From Bacteroidia bacterium (GTDB lineage: Bacteria; Bacteroidota; Bacteroidia; NS11-12g; UBA9320): a stretch of 64,000 bases of DNA. The DNA lies in contig CBDCFW010000003.1 of assembly GCA_965216465.1 (NCBI GenBank), positions 256,001-320,000 on the forward strand. The letters run 5' to 3'. Shown in pieces: positions 60,021 to 64,000 of the stretch. The number at the start of each line of letters is the position of its first letter. Within the stretch, counting starts at the first letter, position 1. The position numbers and the translations under genes are program-made. Below the pieces are notes generated by a model. That model had not been told where the DNA came from. It worked only from the letters and a program-made list of their open reading frames with translations, and did not search any database.

Positions 60021-60970
60021 TGATTTCAAAGAATCAACATATAAAAAGGCTAGCACAGTTTTCTGTTGCTAGCCTTTTGTTTTTCTGCTCGTGTTCTGCT
60101 CAGGATTATGAGTTTGAAAGAGATGTGCATACTAAAGCGCTCGATTCTTTAGCAAAGCTTGATGTAGATATGGTTAAGGTTCAAGCTGAAATGGTTGCTT
60201 GGTTTGAAGAACAGGACATGATAAATGGCAACGACCCCAAATGGTTGCAAAATCTTATCAATAAGATAGCTAAGCATGAAGTAGCTTTTCAAGAAGAACC
60301 AATTCTTGAGGGAAACATTAACTACTACGAACAATACCAGAGGATAATAATACATTATATCAATGAATCACGTGCCGGCCCAGATAGCCTTAAGGCCGCA
60401 AATTCCCATTTAACTCAAACATTTACTGCGGTCGCAGATACGCTTTATAAAGCAGGTGATATAAATCCAGATTCGATGATGTTGCATTATCTTAGAATTG
60501 CGAATGAAGCTTCTTTCAAAGAAGATTTCTACCAAACGTTTTTAACTGGTAGTGTACTTTGGTCTTCTGACGCATCAACAGGGTTTGAGGTTAAACTCCC
60601 TCCTGTTGATACAATTCCACCAAAGGATGTACATGTAAATCAGCGATTCGTGCTCAAGATTTTAGTTACCTCAACCGATGAATTACTTATTGAGGGCGTA
60701 CCACAAGAGATGGAAGTGTTGAAACAAATGGTGAATGATCACATTGTAAAGTATGAGGATAAAGCTATTGTTTCATTGCAGAATGCACGCGGTACTTCAT
60801 ATCAAAAGTATCTCGACGTTTATAATGAGATCACCGCTGCGTATAACGACGTTCGTGACAATTACGCGTATGCAAAGTTTGGAAAGAAGTACGGTGAGCT
60901 ATCCCATGAAGAAGCTAAGGTAGTCAAGCAAAAGTACCCTAAGAAGCTCTTAGAAGCCGAGCCGTACTAA
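60020..60970 (+). CDS. Protein with C-terminal ExbD-like domain
   Basis: KLPP, VSLQNARGTSYQKYLDVYNEI..AY..VR, YP..L.EAEP. Confidence 0.65.
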   Translation: MISKNQHIKRLAQFSVASLLFFCSCSAQDYEFERDVHTKALDSLAKLDVDMVKVQAEMVAWFEEQDMINGNDPKWLQNLINKIAKHEVAFQEEPILEGNINYYEQYQRIIIHYINESRAGPDSLKAANSHLTQTFTAVADTLYKAGDINPDSMMLHYLRIANEASFKEDFYQTFLTGSVLWSSDASTGFEVKLPPVDTIPPKDVHVNQRFVLKILVTSTDELLIEGVPQEMEVLKQMVNDHIVKYEDKAIVSLQNARGTSYQKYLDVYNEITAAYNDVRDNYAYAKFGKKYGELSHEEAKVVKQKYPKKLLEAEPY

Positions 60971-61034
60971 CGCTGGTCAAGTAAAATGCAGCGTTGGTGG
61001 AATGCATTGCGAAGCTTGATACTTTGTCACACCA

Positions 61035-62225
61035 ATGTCACGTTACGGTTTTATGAACCGAAAACACTATATCATCCTTGCCGTGGTAGTGTTGTTCTCA
61101 GCGACAATTTTCTACCTTTCTTTATCGAGCTATAGCTCTTCCCACCATTCAAGTTCGATTGACTCACAAACCTCTTCTTTTGTTAAATCAAGGACGGTCG
61201 CTCAAGGCCAACAAATTGAAAATGATAGTATACCTGGATTTGAAATTGGACAATCGCTCATTTATAAGAATCTTGAGATCATTACCATACTTGGAACATT
61301 TGAAAACGACAGGCAATATGTGAGCTTAGAAGCTGCCATGGAAAAAGATTTGGTTAAGTTGATTGAAACAAGCAATGTTTCGGAATTGAATATAACCAAC
61401 CAATCTGACCAATATATTTACTTGCAATCAGGAGATATTGTAAAAGGCGGCAAACAAGACCGTACTCTTCAAATGGACGTAGTTCTTGCTCCTCAAATGA
61501 AAAATGTTCCTATAGCCAGTTTCTGTGTAGAAAGTGGAAGATGGCAGCAGCGTCAGGATGAAGATGTAACCGAATTTGCTGCTTCCGAAAAATCGCTTTC
61601 GTCTAAAGATCTTAAACTATCTGCTCGAAAATCAGCTAATCAACAAGAAGTATGGCGTGACGTTTCCGTTCAAAAAGAAAAATTAAACCAGAATCTTTCC
61701 TACAGTTTTGGAACTGCTGTAGATGTAAATGATGATGCTTCTCCATCCAGTTTGCAATTAACCTTAGAGAATAAGCAAGTAAATGAAATGATTGAACAAT
61801 ATAAAGAGGCCTTCGCAAGCTTACCCTCAGATCAAGTTGTAGGTTTTGCTTATGCGGTAAATGGTAAGATTTACGGAGCAGAAATCTACAACAACGCAGT
61901 GTTTAACGATTTAAAAGAAAAAACGCTCAATTCATTTATTACTGAAGCTATTGCGGAAGCTGATACTGGAAATATCACATTTGAAAAGATGGCCGTTGAA
62001 GCTTGGATATCATTTATAGCTCCAATAATTGAAACCAATAAGTCTTACTACCAAAAAGTGAACGACGTAACCGGATTTTTAGCCGAAGAATCAGACAGTA
62101 TTGCTCGATTTACAAGCTACGATATCGGAATCCAAAAATGGATTCACATTAGCATTCTTGAAGATTCAGGTGCTGAAACTAAAGATGTTCCAGCACCTCC
62201 TCCCCCTCCGATATACACCCGATAG
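61035..62225 (+). CDS. ARPP-1 (DUF6569)-like protein
   Basis: GDIVKGGKQDR, FCVESGRW, QQEVW. Confidence 0.75.
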   Translation: MSRYGFMNRKHYIILAVVVLFSATIFYLSLSSYSSSHHSSSIDSQTSSFVKSRTVAQGQQIENDSIPGFEIGQSLIYKNLEIITILGTFENDRQYVSLEAAMEKDLVKLIETSNVSELNITNQSDQYIYLQSGDIVKGGKQDRTLQMDVVLAPQMKNVPIASFCVESGRWQQRQDEDVTEFAASEKSLSSKDLKLSARKSANQQEVWRDVSVQKEKLNQNLSYSFGTAVDVNDDASPSSLQLTLENKQVNEMIEQYKEAFASLPSDQVVGFAYAVNGKIYGAEIYNNAVFNDLKEKTLNSFITEAIAEADTGNITFEKMAVEAWISFIAPIIETNKSYYQKVNDVTGFLAEESDSIARFTSYDIGIQKWIHISILEDSGAETKDVPAPPPPPIYTR

Positions 62226-62289
62226 GTGTTTAATGATTGTGTATTTTGTTTGCAGTTTTTTTATGAAACTTGCGACTTAATATCACATC

Positions 62290-63096
62290 ATGGATTTATT
62301 CACACTCTCCAACCTTTGGACTCTCTTAATGCTTGTGCTTTTACAGGCTGTGCTTGGTTTTGACAACCTATTATACATTTCACTCGAATCGAAACGTGCA
62401 CCTGAAGAAAAGCAGAGCTATGTACGTAAAATGGGTATTGCCATCGCAATCATCCTGAGAATAGTATTGCTCTTTGGGCTGATGCATCTTATAGCTTACG
62501 TACAAGACAGCCTCTTTTCTATTCATTGGGAAGGAAAAGTCGAGGGTGATTTCAACCTTCATAGCATTATAGTTTTGGTTGGTGGGGCTTTTATTCTGTA
62601 CACTGCTGTTAAAGAAATTTGGCACATGATGACTCCAATTCACGATGAAATTGAAGGAGAAAGAAAAACAAAATCAACACGATCGGTAATCATCTGGATT
62701 GTTCTAATGAATTTGGTCTTCTCGTTTGATTCTATTCTAAGTGCAATGGCGTTGGCAAGCGATATAGAAGCCCCTAATGGGATGATAGTGATGGCTACGG
62801 CCATTATTATTGGAGGGATTCTGATGATTTGGCTCGCAGATAAAGTATCAACATTTTTACAGAAAAATAGAATGTATGAGGTACTCGGACTGTTCATTTT
62901 GTTTATCGTTGGAATAATGCTTATCACAGAAGGTGGAGAGTTAGCACACCTGCATTTGGCAGGAAACCCAATTGAGAAAATGAGTAAAACAACCTTCTAT
63001 TTTGTAATTGGTGTACTTATTGTAACTGATATAGTACAAACACGCTATCAAAAGAAGCTTATTGCTCAAGAGGCGCAGCTTCATAAGAAGTCATGA
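62290..63096 (+). CDS. TerC family membrane protein
   Basis: LQAVLGFDNLLYI, NLVFSFDSILSA. Confidence 0.9.
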   Translation: MDLFTLSNLWTLLMLVLLQAVLGFDNLLYISLESKRAPEEKQSYVRKMGIAIAIILRIVLLFGLMHLIAYVQDSLFSIHWEGKVEGDFNLHSIIVLVGGAFILYTAVKEIWHMMTPIHDEIEGERKTKSTRSVIIWIVLMNLVFSFDSILSAMALASDIEAPNGMIVMATAIIIGGILMIWLADKVSTFLQKNRMYEVLGLFILFIVGIMLITEGGELAHLHLAGNPIEKMSKTTFYFVIGVLIVTDIVQTRYQKKLIAQEAQLHKKS

Positions 63097-63788
63097 TATT
63101 AAGAACTTACATACCAATTCTGGCACTTTGCATAATAGCAATTGGGTGTAAATCTTCAAAACTGGCTCAAAACAACAACAATTCATTTGTAGGAAAAATA
63201 GTCTACGATATCATCGTTGAAGGGGATTCCCAAAATATAGAGGATATTCAAAGAGCAAAAGAGCTTTATGGTAATACTTTAGAACTCAGCATATTTGAAA
63301 ACGGCGATATTTTGATGAACTACAACGGCAGTCCAAAAGGCTACGATTTGAGCTACATCGACGTTAACGAGAATGAACTCACCGAGAAATTCAATTCGTC
63401 AGATACGCTCTACGTACGCCCTGCGTCAAAACAAAATGTTAAAAAGCTCACCGATATTCGTCAGAACGATAAAACTATTGATGTCCTGAACCACGAATGT
63501 AAGGCGGTATCACTTTCTGCAGAAGATCAAGAAAGCAAGCAATATCTAACCATAAAATACTGGTATAGTAATGACTACAAGGTGGATGCCACTCGGTATA
63601 GTTCTATAAATGAAGACCTTATGGGCTACCTCTTTCAAAAAAGCAACGGTGGTATCTTTCTTCGCAAAGAGATCAGCTACTCAGGCTACAGCATAACCTT
63701 CGTTGCTAAAGAAATTAAAAGAATAACAGCCGAAGACCTCGGAGATCAACACAAATACAAAACGTCTACAGTTATTTTGGAAGAGTAA
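63093..63788 (+). CDS. Lipoprotein, DUF4412/GLPGLI-like
   Basis: Lipobox AIGC, FVGKIVY, VLNHECK, YWY. Confidence 0.6.
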   Translation: MILRTYIPILALCIIAIGCKSSKLAQNNNNSFVGKIVYDIIVEGDSQNIEDIQRAKELYGNTLELSIFENGDILMNYNGSPKGYDLSYIDVNENELTEKFNSSDTLYVRPASKQNVKKLTDIRQNDKTIDVLNHECKAVSLSAEDQESKQYLTIKYWYSNDYKVDATRYSSINEDLMGYLFQKSNGGIFLRKEISYSGYSITFVAKEIKRITAEDLGDQHKYKTSTVILEE

Positions 63789-64000
63789 CTATAGAACTGC
63801 AGCGTAGCTAACACCATCTGTTATTTCACAGCCCGATTGAATCATATCGAAAAGTTCTGACTCACGTTCTTTTTTGTAAGATTTAGAGGCAACTTGTTTC
63901 ACCATTTTATCTCCGTTTCTAATAATTCGGATGAGGTGAATTTCTGTCTCATCACATTTGAAATAGTAAGCAATGCCTTCTTCTTTCTTTTCTAAATATT

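Overview
Chromosomal window of a Bacteroidota bacterium (T9SS C-terminal domains, serC-serA-DUF1015, etfAB, trkAH, gyrA, prmC, ribD, pepD) that appears to span the replication terminus. The best dif match is at 44585-44612. Left of it lies an accessory region of about 22 kb (~22.4-44.6 kb). Its core is two divergent but syntenic, integrase-free elements in tandem, A (8292 bp) and B (7370 bp), delimited by three direct dif-like sites at 28923, 37215 and 44585. Each encodes a Rep_trans/gene II-like rolling-circle initiator, a ~245-aa beta-rich capsid candidate, small membrane and basic proteins, and a lysin (GH108 in A, M15 peptidase in B). They read as small ssDNA, probably jelly-roll, prophages that use host XerCD, rather than inoviruses or microviruses. 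Shared features not explained by the ORF track: (i) a small transmembrane ORF overlapping each lysin gene, with a run of 9 A that could fuse it to the lysin in the -1 frame; (ii) three arrays of exactly 44-bp period packed with palindromic restriction/methylation sites; (iii) a small gene followed by a stem-loop copy of its own 5' end, suggesting an antisense RNA, next to each right-hand att site; (iv) a palindrome found both upstream of a host XRE gene and overlapping dif. A probable third, decayed element lies at ~25.6-28.9 kb. Family names come from motif recognition by eye; no database search was run.
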